Of a DNA stretch of 64,000 nucleotides, positions 9,547 to 19,048 are shown one piece after another (positions within the stretch are counted from its first letter, which is position 1; each line of letters begins with the position of its first letter). The DNA comes from Candidatus Bathyarchaeota archaeon (GTDB taxonomy: Archaea > Thermoproteota > Bathyarchaeia > Bathyarchaeales > Bathycorpusculaceae). Location: the NCBI GenBank assembly GCA_963707955.1, contig OY970176.1:2176001-2240000 (forward strand), written 5' to 3'. Both the position numbers and the translations under genes were made by a program. The notes beneath the pieces are model-generated. The model did not search any database and was not told the origin of the DNA. It saw only the letters and a list, made by a program, of their open reading frames with translations.

Positions 9547-10002
9547 TTGAGCGCGAGATGGCGGAGAAACAAAAAAAGCTTGAGAAAATTCAACATTTTC
9601 AAGGTTTTCAACAAGGTTAAAGAGAGAAGTCCTCCTAGAACGTTTCGCGTCAAGAGTTCAACTTCCAAGCGGCGCGCAGTTGCGTCCAGATACAAGGTTG
9701 AAAAGATACCTGAGGAAAAGTTGAAGGACCCCAAGCCGCTGATCGACATCGTTGAAGAAAACGACGAGATAGCAGTTTTCGCAGAGTTCGCGGGTTTCAA
9801 CAGAGAAAACCTGAGAATCAACGTTAAAAACCAGAAGCTAACCCTGTCTGCCAGGACTTCGGACCGCAAGTACTACAAAAGCTTAAATCTTCCAAAAAGA
9901 GTGATTCCCGACACTATATGCACAACGTATAAGAATGGCGTTCTCGAAATACGATTAAAAAAGGCTGTTGAAGAGAAGGCCATGAACAAAATGGCTGGTT
10001 AG
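9547..10002 (+). CDS. Hsp20/alpha-crystallin family small heat-shock protein
   Basis: PLIDIVE..AEFAGF..YYKSLNLP..YKNGVLEIRLKK; TTG start after GGGGAGG. Confidence 0.85.
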   Translation: MSARWRRNKKSLRKFNIFKVFNKVKERSPPRTFRVKSSTSKRRAVASRYKVEKIPEEKLKDPKPLIDIVEENDEIAVFAEFAGFNRENLRINVKNQKLTLSARTSDRKYYKSLNLPKRVIPDTICTTYKNGVLEIRLKKAVEEKAMNKMAG

Positions 10003-10005
10003 ACG

Positions 10006-10446
10006 ATGCCGCACAAGCTCAGAAAGACTAGGAAGAGACGGGGTTCAAGAACTCAAGGGTGGGGTAGGGTAGGTCAGCACAGGAGAACAGGATCGAAGGG
10101 CGGACGGAACCCTGGTCGACACAAGGCGTTGTGGTCCTACATCATTAAGTACGAGCCAGATTATTATGGGAAAGACGGCTTCACTTCTGCGAAGAGTCTC
10201 AGGGAAAAAGTGAATGTAATAAACGTTGGGAGTCTCGACGGAATGGCTGAAAAGTTCGCCGTGGAGAAGGAGGAAGGCAAGTCTTTCATCGATTTGGAAA
10301 GCCTCGGTTACACGAAGCTTCTTGGCACGGGTAAGATAAGCAAGGCCCTCGTCGTGAAAGTGCCAGCGTTTTCAAAGTCCGCGGCTGAAAAAATAAAGGA
10401 TGCAGGCGGGCAAGTCTTGGAAGAGAAACAGGAAACTGGAGCGTAG
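10006..10446 (+). CDS. rpl15: 50S ribosomal protein uL15
   Basis: RKRRGSRTQGWGRVGQHR, KLLGTG, AAEKIKDAGG. Confidence 0.97.
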   Translation: MPHKLRKTRKRRGSRTQGWGRVGQHRRTGSKGGRNPGRHKALWSYIIKYEPDYYGKDGFTSAKSLREKVNVINVGSLDGMAEKFAVEKEEGKSFIDLESLGYTKLLGTGKISKALVVKVPAFSKSAAEKIKDAGGQVLEEKQETGA

Positions 10447-10456
10447 CGGTTAGCCC

Positions 10457-11932
10457 ATGGCCGGTAGGTTTCTCTCGTTATTCAAGCCTATTGCAAGAGT
10501 CTTGCCAGAAGTGAAACTTCCAGAGCGCAGGGTTCGGTTCAACGAAAAAATCTTCTGGACTGGGCTCGTCCTGATAATCTTCCTAGTCATGTCAGAGGTT
10601 CCTCTCTATGGAATTCAGGCGAGCGCGCTGGGGCAGCTTGCAGCTCTGAGGATCATTTTTGCCTCGAGTCGCGGCACCCTCATGGAGCTTGGAATAGGCC
10701 CTATAGTGACTGCAGGGTTGATACTGCAGCTCCTCGCTGGCTCAAACATGATTGAATGCGACATGGGCAACGCTGAAGATAGGAGTCTGTTTACGTCAGC
10801 AAGCAAAGCGTTCACCATTGCTCTCACAGGAGTTCAAGCAGCAGCTTACATAGTCGGCGGCATGTACGGCATCTTACCTGGAACCACGGCTGTAATCGTC
10901 TTCTTGCAACTAATCTCGGCGGGAGTTGTCGTGCTATTAATGGATGAACTTGTCCAGAAAGGTTGGGGGTTCGGCAGCGGAGTAAGCCTGTTCATCATGG
11001 CCGGCGTTGCCAAGACAATTTTCTGGCAGTCCTTCTCACCTGCACCTGCCGTCGGTCAGTCGGGAGCCTACGGATTATTCGTCCAAATAGGTGCATCCCT
11101 GTCTTCAGGTCAATCGCTATCGAACCTTTGGCTTAGACAATACGTGGACACCACGGGCGCGCTAGTCTCATCAAACCCGACGCTGCTCGGCTTCGCGGTC
11201 ACGATCATCGCTTTCTTGGTGATAATCTACATGGAAGGCGTAAGAATCGAACTGCCTTTATCCTATGCTGGCTACAAGGGTTACCGTAGCAGATACCCGA
11301 TAAAGCTCTTGTACGTGTCGAACCTGCCAGTTATTTTCGCTTCCGCCTTGTTCGCTAACGTTTACTTCTTCTCGCAACTCTTCTGGAGCATGAGCGGTCA
11401 GCCAGCTGCCGGCCAAAACCCATGGCTTGACATATTAGCACAGTTCAAGGTCGTGCAACCTGCCACCGGGTCAACTGCGGCGCCAACGATAACCCCCATA
11501 GGAGGCATCGTCTACTACGTGCTGGCACCGAGCAGCTGGACAAGCGTTATGCAAGCCCCGTGGAAGGCCCTTGGTTACCTTGGAATTCTCATCGTCTTTT
11601 GCGTCATCTTCTCGCTCACCTGGCTTGAGGTCGGCGGTATAGGGCCGTCTAACGTTGCACAACAGCTCATGGATGCTGGCATGCAGATTCCAGGATACAG
11701 ACGATCAGGAAGAGCCATAGAATCGATCCTCAAGCGTTACATTCCAGCCGTCACTGTTGTCGGCGGAATACTGGTCGGACTTCTCGCAGGGCTCTCAGAC
11801 TTCTTCGGAGTCTTCGGTTCAGGGATCGGCATTCTACTTTCCGTAGGAATAATCTACCAGTACTACGAAACGCTGATGCAGGAAAGAGCAGCTGAAATGT
11901 ATCCGGCGTTCAGGCGCATATTTGGAGAATAG
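10457..11932 (+). CDS. secY: Preprotein translocase SecY
   Basis: LMELGIGPIVTAG, GWGFGSGVSLFI, YPIKLLYVSNLPVI, GMQIPGYR. Confidence 0.98.
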   Translation: MAGRFLSLFKPIARVLPEVKLPERRVRFNEKIFWTGLVLIIFLVMSEVPLYGIQASALGQLAALRIIFASSRGTLMELGIGPIVTAGLILQLLAGSNMIECDMGNAEDRSLFTSASKAFTIALTGVQAAAYIVGGMYGILPGTTAVIVFLQLISAGVVVLLMDELVQKGWGFGSGVSLFIMAGVAKTIFWQSFSPAPAVGQSGAYGLFVQIGASLSSGQSLSNLWLRQYVDTTGALVSSNPTLLGFAVTIIAFLVIIYMEGVRIELPLSYAGYKGYRSRYPIKLLYVSNLPVIFASALFANVYFFSQLFWSMSGQPAAGQNPWLDILAQFKVVQPATGSTAAPTITPIGGIVYYVLAPSSWTSVMQAPWKALGYLGILIVFCVIFSLTWLEVGGIGPSNVAQQLMDAGMQIPGYRRSGRAIESILKRYIPAVTVVGGILVGLLAGLSDFFGVFGSGIGILLSVGIIYQYYETLMQERAAEMYPAFRRIFGE

Positions 11933-11935
11933 CCC

Positions 11936-12523
11936 ATGAACAAGACGATAATCGTGACTGGAATACCTGGAACTGGAAAGACCACGATTTGCAGTTTCAT
12001 CGAGAAGCTTGCAGAAGAAGCTGGCGTTGAAGTCAGCGTGATAAACTATGGAACAGTTATGATGGAGATCCTTCACAAATCTGGGAGACCCATGGAAAGA
12101 GACGCGATGAGGATGGACAGCGTAGAAACTCAACGCAAACTGCAGAGACAAGTCGCCGAAGCAGTCGCAAAGAGAACAAGAACGTTTAACGGCCTAACAG
12201 TCATCGACACACACACGTCGATAAAGACTCCTGAAGGATATTTTCCCGGTCTCTCATGCAACAACCTGCAGCTATTGAAGCCTGAAATGCTCGTGCTCGT
12301 TGAAGTCCACCCAGGTGAAATATCTTCAAGAAGAATGAAGGATGCTGGCAGAAAAAGAGACACTTCATTAGAAGACTCTGTTAAGGAAGAGCTCACTTTT
12401 TCGCGGGCAATTGCTGGTGCATGTGCCGTTCTCATGAGTGCCCCCGTAAAAATAGTCGTCAACGCTGAGGGAAAACCTGAAGAAGCCGCGAAAGACATAC
12501 TCAGAGCTATGGGAGTTGTGTAG
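11936..12523 (+). CDS. adkA: Archaeal adenylate kinase
   Basis: GIPGTGKTT P-loop, IDTH..GYFPGL; follows secY. Confidence 0.93.
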   Translation: MNKTIIVTGIPGTGKTTICSFIEKLAEEAGVEVSVINYGTVMMEILHKSGRPMERDAMRMDSVETQRKLQRQVAEAVAKRTRTFNGLTVIDTHTSIKTPEGYFPGLSCNNLQLLKPEMLVLVEVHPGEISSRRMKDAGRKRDTSLEDSVKEELTFSRAIAGACAVLMSAPVKIVVNAEGKPEEAAKDILRAMGVV

Positions 12524-12525
12524 AT

Positions 12526-12732
12526 ATGATGCAAGTGTTGTTGGCGGTACTTGTTCCGACATGTCTAAATATGACCGAAGGATACAGCATTACAAACGGA
12601 GCCTTTTCTATTACATCTTCGACATCAACTTCAAATTACTATTGCTATTTTGAGACTTGCGTATGGAATACTACAGGATATCCGGCAATAGGACAAATAT
12701 ACAACGTGGCGATATCATACTATGCATATTAA
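12526..12732 (+). CDS. Small probably chimeric ORF (likely native DUF106 start joined to AT-rich foreign sequence)
   Basis: Starts 2 nt after the adk stop, where DUF106 normally begins; becomes AT-rich after about 12560; overlaps the next ATG. Confidence 0.45.
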   Translation: MMQVLLAVLVPTCLNMTEGYSITNGAFSITSSTSTSNYYCYFETCVWNTTGYPAIGQIYNVAISYYAY

Positions 12733-13870
12733 TAAAGGAATATCAACTATCCTAATAATCTCAATTCTTGTCTTATCTTTCCTTATATATCTTGTTTCCG
12801 TATCACAAGTTAAGGCTGCTAGTGTTAATGAGGGAATATTACAAGACACAGCAGTAAACTATGGAAATCCAGCAACAAATTATGGGGATTCAGATCCATC
12901 TACTGGAGCTCTGGGGAACTTCACAATGACAGCCAATGGTACAGTATCTTTTTCTAGACTTCTATTGGATCTAAACTTTTCTGAGATAAGCCCATCATAT
13001 ACATTAGGTAATGTGACTTTGAACGTATATCAATGTTCAGATGATCCAACCACTTCTCCAGATTACTTTGACATAACTGCATATGATTTACTATCTTCAT
13101 TCAATGAAGGTACTGTTGCATGGAATACTATGCCTTCTTATAATGCAAGTCTTTATTCAAACACGATTACAATTAATGATTCCACGTCTGGATGGCAGAC
13201 TCTAAATATAACTAGTATATGCTCAGCTGTACGGACAGCAAATCCATTTAAGACTTCACAATTCACTGATATATACATAGTCTTGATTCCGTTTAACAGT
13301 AATGCTTCAGTTAGCTATATGGACAGTTTCTTGATTTATGGTCAAGACATTTCCAATTCATCACTAGCTCCATACGTTACTATAACATATACCATTCAGC
13401 CCATATTGAAGGAGATTCCTTATTCGGCACTTTTAATACTCGGTTTAGCTTCATTGATATCGTTATTGACCACCGCTGTGAACCGTTTGCTGACAAACCC
13501 AGAGCAGACAAAATCTGTGCGAAGAGAGGTTACTGAATGGAGCAAAGAACTGCGCCAAGCGCAACGCGACAAAGACAAAAAAGCCATCGAAAAACTTATG
13601 AAAAAGCAAAGTTACATGATGCAGATTCAAACCAAGATGATGTGGCAATCGATGAAAGTGACACTGCTGTTTATTGTTCCCCTGCTCCTCATGTGGCAAG
13701 TTCTGGGTGGGTTCTACGGCGGGCGTGCCGTAGCCTATCTTCCAGGAATCGGCGCTAATCTTCCATTACCGATTTTCAGCTCTTCTCTCATCTGGTTTTA
13801 TTTGCTGTGTTCACTCCTTTTCGGTACAACTTTTTCACACGTCCTTGGTATAATTGAGGTGAGCGAGTAG
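12722..13870 (+). CDS. Signal peptide + DNRLRE/CBM96-like domain fused to DUF106 (EMC3/TMCO1, Oxa1 superfamily) insertase
   Basis: C-terminal ~160 aa: TM, coiled coil (EWSKELRQAQRDKDKKAIEKL), TMs, WFYLLCS; N-terminal QDT.V..NP.TNYG, R.LL, NEGTVAWN, GWQTLNIT, PYVTITY. Confidence 0.85.
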   Translation: MHINKGISTILIISILVLSFLIYLVSVSQVKAASVNEGILQDTAVNYGNPATNYGDSDPSTGALGNFTMTANGTVSFSRLLLDLNFSEISPSYTLGNVTLNVYQCSDDPTTSPDYFDITAYDLLSSFNEGTVAWNTMPSYNASLYSNTITINDSTSGWQTLNITSICSAVRTANPFKTSQFTDIYIVLIPFNSNASVSYMDSFLIYGQDISNSSLAPYVTITYTIQPILKEIPYSALLILGLASLISLLTTAVNRLLTNPEQTKSVRREVTEWSKELRQAQRDKDKKAIEKLMKKQSYMMQIQTKMMWQSMKVTLLFIVPLLLMWQVLGGFYGGRAVAYLPGIGANLPLPIFSSSLIWFYLLCSLLFGTTFSHVLGIIEVSE

Positions 13871-13871
13871 C

Positions 13872-14139
13872 ATGCCGAGACCTAGCGAGCGCACGCGGAG
13901 CAGAAAACGCACAACCAAACCCCTACCAGGCGGAAGAACTGGCACACAGTTCAAGTATGAGATCGCTGCTCAGTCAACCTGCAGCCGCTGCGGCCGGCAG
14001 CTAGCAGGCGTTTCAAACAGCTCTCCGAAAGCCCGGAAACTAAACCGAAGCGGAAGGAGAGTTCAGCGTGTCCACGGAGGACAGTCTCTGCCACGACTGC
14101 ATCAAGACTGCTTTGAGACAGGCTGCCAGGGCACTTTAA
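13872..14139 (+). CDS. rpl34e: 50S ribosomal protein eL34 (one extra T at 14085; probably intact in vivo)
   Basis: PGGR..CSRCGRQLAGV..RVHGGQ; removing T14085 gives LCHDCIKTALRQAARAL* and restores the second CxxC. Confidence 0.9.
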
Positions 14140-14162
14140 GCTCGAGTTTTTGAGGTAAGCAG

Positions 14163-14762
14163 ATGGCTCGGTCAAAGAAGACTGAGAGAGGGCACTCGCA
14201 GCATGTGACGATATGCGTAGGCGGAATGGCAGGAAGTGGAAAAAGCACACTGGCAAAGAAAATCGCCGAGAAATATGGGCTCAAGTATTTCTCCGGTGGA
14301 GCTGCGTTGATGGCGCTGGCTGTTGAAGAGGGGTATAGGCCTATTGAACATGGCTGGTGGGAAAGTGAAGAGGGGATGCGGTTTCTGGAAAAGAGAGGCA
14401 GAGATCCTTGGTTCGACCAGGCTGTTGACAAGAAACTCTTGCGAATAGCACAGCAGGGTAACGTGGTCCTAGACAGTTGGACCATGCCGTGGCTTCTCAA
14501 GAAGGGCTTCAAGATTTGGCTTGAGGCGTCAGCAGAAAAGAGGGCTGAAAGAGTAGCTGAAAGGGACAAGATAGGCTTCAAAGAGGCTCTTGAAGCGGTG
14601 AAACGTAAAGAGAGGCAGACAAAGATCATCTACAAGAAAATGTATGGCTTCAGTTTGGGAGACGATTATGCTCCTTTCAATTTCATCCTAGACACGGACA
14701 TTCTGAACGAGGAAGAAGTGTTTCAGATTTTGTGCATGGTATTAGAGAGTCTGGTTCTGTGA
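14163..14762 (+). CDS. cmk: Cytidylate kinase
   Basis: GMAGSGKST, VVLDS, KIWLEAS..RAERVAERD; follows L34e. Confidence 0.92.
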   Translation: MARSKKTERGHSQHVTICVGGMAGSGKSTLAKKIAEKYGLKYFSGGAALMALAVEEGYRPIEHGWWESEEGMRFLEKRGRDPWFDQAVDKKLLRIAQQGNVVLDSWTMPWLLKKGFKIWLEASAEKRAERVAERDKIGFKEALEAVKRKERQTKIIYKKMYGFSLGDDYAPFNFILDTDILNEEEVFQILCMVLESLVL

Positions 14763-14893
14763 ACGTCATCAGAAAGAGAGACGCCGAATTTTGACTTCAG
14801 ACAGGTTAGAAGGGTTTTCTCGCGCATTAAGACTTAAGTCGCCCCGCAAAACATTTAAACAAACCAAAACTTAGAACAGTAACGATCTACTAG

Positions 14894-15019
14894 ATGGGCG
14901 ATCACGAACTATTTCAGCTCGAAGACATTGACATCAAACAAACATCTAGAGACTTGGTGCTCGTGTGGAGACAGTTTGATCGCTTGATTGACATCGAAGC
15001 AACTGCCGAAAAGAAATAG
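14894..15019 (+). CDS. Possible 41-aa small protein
   Basis: MGDHELFQLEDIDIKQTSRDLVLVWRQFDRLIDIEATAEKK, preceded by AAACATTTAAAC TATA-like box. Confidence 0.35.
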   Translation: MGDHELFQLEDIDIKQTSRDLVLVWRQFDRLIDIEATAEKK

Positions 15020-15050
15020 AAGGCTGATTTTCTATCGCTGTCCGGTCCCA

Positions 15051-16106
15051 TCAGAGGGATGCAAGCGGCGTTTTCTTCAGGAACAGTCTCGCGTTCTTCC
15101 ATTGTTCTTGCGCGATCTGAAGGTTGGCGAGAACGCTTCCCTGGAGAGAATAGAAAATGTAGCACATGTACGTGCATTGGGTACACTCGCTGTATTTCCT
15201 GCGCAGGGCCTTGAGTTGTGGAGTGTTCCACATTCTGGGAAGATCAAATATCGTGGTTGTCGGGTCGTGTACGTGACATCCAGCCACCCTGCCAACATGG
15301 TCGATGACGAAGAAGTTCTGAAGTGCACGGCACTTCCATGGTCTTTCACCGGTCAAGTAGAGGTTCTTTATTGCCTTCAACAACTTCGTGGTCATAATGA
15401 TGTTGCTGTTTTTCTTCCTCATCGCTATCAACGAGTCACACGTTTTGACCATTGCGTTCCTGTCAACGATCGTGAACTCATCATTCTTCTTCCCTATTGT
15501 GAAAAGGTGGCTTTGTTCGTCGGCTGAGTCGTATGAGTAAAGACTGTACCACACTGGAATGTCCCTATTCGTGAAGTATCTCGTGAGGTCCAAGATTTCG
15601 TAGAGGTTAAACTGCGATATCGTCGGAGCTACACCGACTGAGATGCCGTTTTTGTGAAGTTCTTCAACAGCCTTCATCGCAGCGCTCCACGCGCCTCTAA
15701 CACCCCTTATGTAGTCGTTCTTCTCAGGGTTCAAGCTGTCAATCGAGATTGCAACAAAGTCTGCATGGCGCAGGGCTTCAATTTTCTCAACGGCCATACT
15801 GCCGTTGTCGTAGACCGTTGTTATGAAGGATTCCGAAGCGTGTCTTATGATTTTGCCTATGTCGTCTCTCAGGAGAGGGTTACCACCAGAGAGCACAAGG
15901 TCTACTACGCCAAGTTCCCGAAGGATGTTCAAGCCTTTCTTCACTTGTTCTGTTGACAGCTCGCGGGGGTCTTGCTGCTGCCAGACGGTGCATCCTCTGC
16001 AACGGAAGTTACATTTTCTGGTGAGCATCCATTGAGCATGGCGGGGTCTGTTAGGCGTAAAGCTTCGAATTGCAATGCTGCGAGCTTTCTTAAGAGACAT
16101 GACCAA
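15051..16106 (-). CDS. Radical SAM protein with SPASM/twitch-like C-terminus
   Basis: CNFRCRGC motif, SGGNPLLR, ISIDS, C-terminal C..GRVAGC..CTQCTYMC. Confidence 0.9.
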   Translation of the reverse strand: MVMSLKKARSIAIRSFTPNRPRHAQWMLTRKCNFRCRGCTVWQQQDPRELSTEQVKKGLNILRELGVVDLVLSGGNPLLRDDIGKIIRHASESFITTVYDNGSMAVEKIEALRHADFVAISIDSLNPEKNDYIRGVRGAWSAAMKAVEELHKNGISVGVAPTISQFNLYEILDLTRYFTNRDIPVWYSLYSYDSADEQSHLFTIGKKNDEFTIVDRNAMVKTCDSLIAMRKKNSNIIMTTKLLKAIKNLYLTGERPWKCRALQNFFVIDHVGRVAGCHVHDPTTTIFDLPRMWNTPQLKALRRKYSECTQCTYMCYIFYSLQGSVLANLQIAQEQWKNARLFLKKTPLASL

Positions 16107-16258
16107 ATGCGCGGGCGCCTCGTCTTTCTTCCTTGTTTACGTAAACCACTGTCTTTTTTGGCATGAGCGAAATATGAGGAAACCCTATATAAAGGTAGAC
16201 TCCTTTGGAACACGAGTTGTTCAGCGACTTCGAGACTTCAAAATGTGATGGCCCGCCT

Positions 16259-17029
16259 ATGATTCGAACGAACTCGAACCAGGTCGACGTCGTAGTCCTC
16301 ACAAAAAACAGCGAAAGAGTCCTGGAAAGATGCTTCAACTCGATTTTCGCAAACGTGCCCGTGAACCGCTTGATAGTGGTGGATGGGTACTCAACTGATT
16401 CCACTCTGGAGATAGTGCGGAAATTCAGCGACAAACACGGCAACGTGGTTTTGATCAAGGACGGCGGCACAAGGGGCAGCGCAAGGATGAGAGGATTAGG
16501 CGAAGTAAAAACAGAGTGGTTCCTGTTCGTCGACAGTGATGTCACTCTGAGCGACAACTGGTATGAAAAAGCGAAGAACTACGTGGACGATGACGTGGGC
16601 GCGGTTTGGGGAACGGAAGTATGGGCTGGGATGCGCGCTCAGAAGGTCTTGAAACTTTTCCTGATTGTTACCAGAAGAATTTTCGGATTGAGAGGCGGAA
16701 CCCATGACCTACTCGTGCGCAATGAAGCGGTCAAGGACATAGATATTCCCAAGAACCTGCATGTTTTCGAGGACGCACTTATCAAAGAATGGATAATCAA
16801 GAAAGGGTACAGAGTAGTTCCCACTTATGATCCTTTCTGCATACATTACAGACCCCAGTCTGTTTGGACGTTGAAAGGAAACCGAGACCTGGTAGTTGAG
16901 ACCTTGAGATACGGTTCGCTCAAAAAGATGCCGCGCTATTTTCTTGCATATGCGTTCTATACCGTCTACGTCGTGTACAGAAGTCTCACTCGAAAACTAA
17001 AGGGACCAAGCGAAAGGATAGAAGTGTGA
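16259..17029 (+). CDS. Glycosyltransferase family 2
   Basis: IVVDGYSTDST, FVDSD, FED. Confidence 0.9.
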   Translation: MIRTNSNQVDVVVLTKNSERVLERCFNSIFANVPVNRLIVVDGYSTDSTLEIVRKFSDKHGNVVLIKDGGTRGSARMRGLGEVKTEWFLFVDSDVTLSDNWYEKAKNYVDDDVGAVWGTEVWAGMRAQKVLKLFLIVTRRIFGLRGGTHDLLVRNEAVKDIDIPKNLHVFEDALIKEWIIKKGYRVVPTYDPFCIHYRPQSVWTLKGNRDLVVETLRYGSLKKMPRYFLAYAFYTVYVVYRSLTRKLKGPSERIEV

Positions 17030-17038
17030 GACGAGGCT

Positions 17039-17854
17039 TTGAACATATCAGTTGTCATTCGAACGAGAGACAAGGAAAGATATTTTGATTCTCTACTGGA
17101 AAGTCTGGCCTCGCAGACGGTTCAGGCATCAGAACTTGTTGTGGTTGACAACTTCTCGAGTGAAGAAAAAAGGCGGAGCTTGAAAAGCGATCTGAGCGAA
17201 ACGGTGAGAAGCGGCTTCTGGAAAGGGAAAGTCAGCGTCAAACTTATCGCTCTCTCAGATGATGAGTTCTCTCATGCATACTCTACTAACGTAGGCGTAG
17301 CCGCCGCTGAGAATCAATTAGTCTGCATAACGAACGCACATTCTCTTCCGTCGTCCCGGTGCTGGCTACAAGAGGGGACAAAGCATTTTGAAGACCGCAA
17401 CGTTGCTGGTGTCAGCGGGTTTTTCATCCCTCATCGGGAAGGAACTGCTATCCGAGGATTTGACAAGGCTGTTTATCAGTTCACTCAAAGAGCGATCTTG
17501 CGTCAAGACTGGTGCTCCACCATAAACTGTATAATCAGAAAGTCTCTATGGCGGGTTTATCCTTTTGACGAGAACCTGCCCAAAATCATTCCTGAAACCA
17601 AGAAATATGGTCTTGAAGATTATGATTGGAGCAAAGAAATGTTGGCCCGCGGCTTCAGGATTATAGTGGATCCAATGTTCAGCGTTTTTCACTCTCACGG
17701 AAGGGTTCTTAGCGAAACTGCAAGAAACCTGAAAGGTTATTTCGTTTACAGGCAGATTCAGCAAAAAATAGACCTGCTCAATAGGCCGCGAGTGTCTTTC
17801 AGCAGGCTTTCCCAAGCCGACCCGAGTGAGTTTGCCATAGAATTACTTTCTTAG
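17039..17854 (+). CDS. Glycosyltransferase family 2 (rhamnosyltransferase-like)
   Basis: ISVVIRT, VVVDNFS, PFDE, EDYDW, VFHSH. Confidence 0.85.
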   Translation: MNISVVIRTRDKERYFDSLLESLASQTVQASELVVVDNFSSEEKRRSLKSDLSETVRSGFWKGKVSVKLIALSDDEFSHAYSTNVGVAAAENQLVCITNAHSLPSSRCWLQEGTKHFEDRNVAGVSGFFIPHREGTAIRGFDKAVYQFTQRAILRQDWCSTINCIIRKSLWRVYPFDENLPKIIPETKKYGLEDYDWSKEMLARGFRIIVDPMFSVFHSHGRVLSETARNLKGYFVYRQIQQKIDLLNRPRVSFSRLSQADPSEFAIELLS

Positions 17855-17855
17855 C

Positions 17856-18866
17856 CTACTGTTTTGCGAGAGCAATCCATAAGTGGTCGCAAGTGGGCCT
17901 TGGCAGTTCTGTTTCAAAACCGTTTTTTCGTTTTACAATTCGGTCTTCTGGGGACGGCAAGAATTCGCCAAGGACACTTGCGCTGATTCCGCTTTTGATC
18001 AAGGTTTTCTTAATATCGTCTGCGACGTCTTTTCTAGCTGCTATCAGCATGCTTCCTGAAGCGATTAAATAAGCCGGGTCAATTTCAAATGCCTCGCATA
18101 TCTCTGAAGTCTCTTTCGCTACCGGAATTCTGTCCTCGAAGATTTTGAAGCCTAGGTTTGATGCGTCTGCAACCTCGTGTATTCCCCCGGCTATTCCCCC
18201 CTCTGTCGGGTCATGCATAGCGTGAACACCGCCTGTCTTGAAGGCTATTGCCGCCTCTTTCGCCACGCTTATCATGCTGAAGAATTCCTTAGCCCTCTTC
18301 AACGTTGAGGAACTGACGGTTTTCCTCAGTTTTTCCTCCCTGTCTGCCGCCAGAATGGCGGTGCCTTCTATGCCCGCGGTTTTGGTTATCATAATCTTAT
18401 CTCCTGCTTTGGCTCCCGCTGCTGTCACGTAATTTCCCTTTTCTGCCGTACCCATAGCACAACCCACAACTATCGGGTTTGTCAGTCCGGGAGTAGATTC
18501 GCAATGTCCTCCGACGATAGCCATTCCCAAACCCTTCGCAGCCTTGCCCATCTGGGAGCTGATGGTTTCAACGGTGCTTCTGTCCGCCTTTTCTGGGAGT
18601 AGAATACACGACAAGAAGAAGGCTGGCTCGACACCAAACGTGGAGACATCGTTTGCATTAACGTTGACTGCAAGCCAGCCTATTCTCTCCAAGGCTCCAG
18701 TGATCGGATCCATAGATACTATGAGCGATTTACTTCCAACGTTTATCACGGCACCATCGACTCCTGCCGCGGGGCCTAATGCAACCTCATTACGTTTAGC
18801 ACCCAGATTCTTGAATATGACCTCTTTCAAGATTTCGACGGGGATCTTTCCAGAAGGCAACGCCAT
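17856..18866 (-). CDS. AIR synthase/HypE-like (PurM superfamily) protein
   Basis: GVDGAV, DPITGA, NANDV, IVGGHCE, MHDPTEGG. Confidence 0.9.
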   Translation of the reverse strand: MALPSGKIPVEILKEVIFKNLGAKRNEVALGPAAGVDGAVINVGSKSLIVSMDPITGALERIGWLAVNVNANDVSTFGVEPAFFLSCILLPEKADRSTVETISSQMGKAAKGLGMAIVGGHCESTPGLTNPIVVGCAMGTAEKGNYVTAAGAKAGDKIMITKTAGIEGTAILAADREEKLRKTVSSSTLKRAKEFFSMISVAKEAAIAFKTGGVHAMHDPTEGGIAGGIHEVADASNLGFKIFEDRIPVAKETSEICEAFEIDPAYLIASGSMLIAARKDVADDIKKTLIKSGISASVLGEFLPSPEDRIVKRKNGFETELPRPTCDHLWIALAKQ

Positions 18867-19048
18867 TTTGATCAGCCTCTCCGACGTATAATCGTGAAAG
18901 AAGCTTTTAAGCTGTAACAAGACTGGAATAGAAGCTGCTTGTCTCTAAGAGACAGAATTCCGTTAAATTGAGCTGGGTTGGTGTAATGGAGAATCAATTT
19001 GAGAAGCAAAGGTAAGTGAGGCTCATGCATGGTGTAACGGAAAATATG

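Noticed and set aside
12560-13390. Intein, intron or IS inside DUF106
   Set aside because: No intein C/HN termini, no transposase or terminal inverted repeats, no obvious bulge-helix-bulge; the insert encodes a signal peptide and surface domain
13872-14153. Programmed frameshifting or true pseudogenisation of rpl34e, hydrogenase and the HTH regulator
   Set aside because: No slippery run; the shared motif is on the template strand for the hydrogenase, so it is DNA-level; the genes show no other decay
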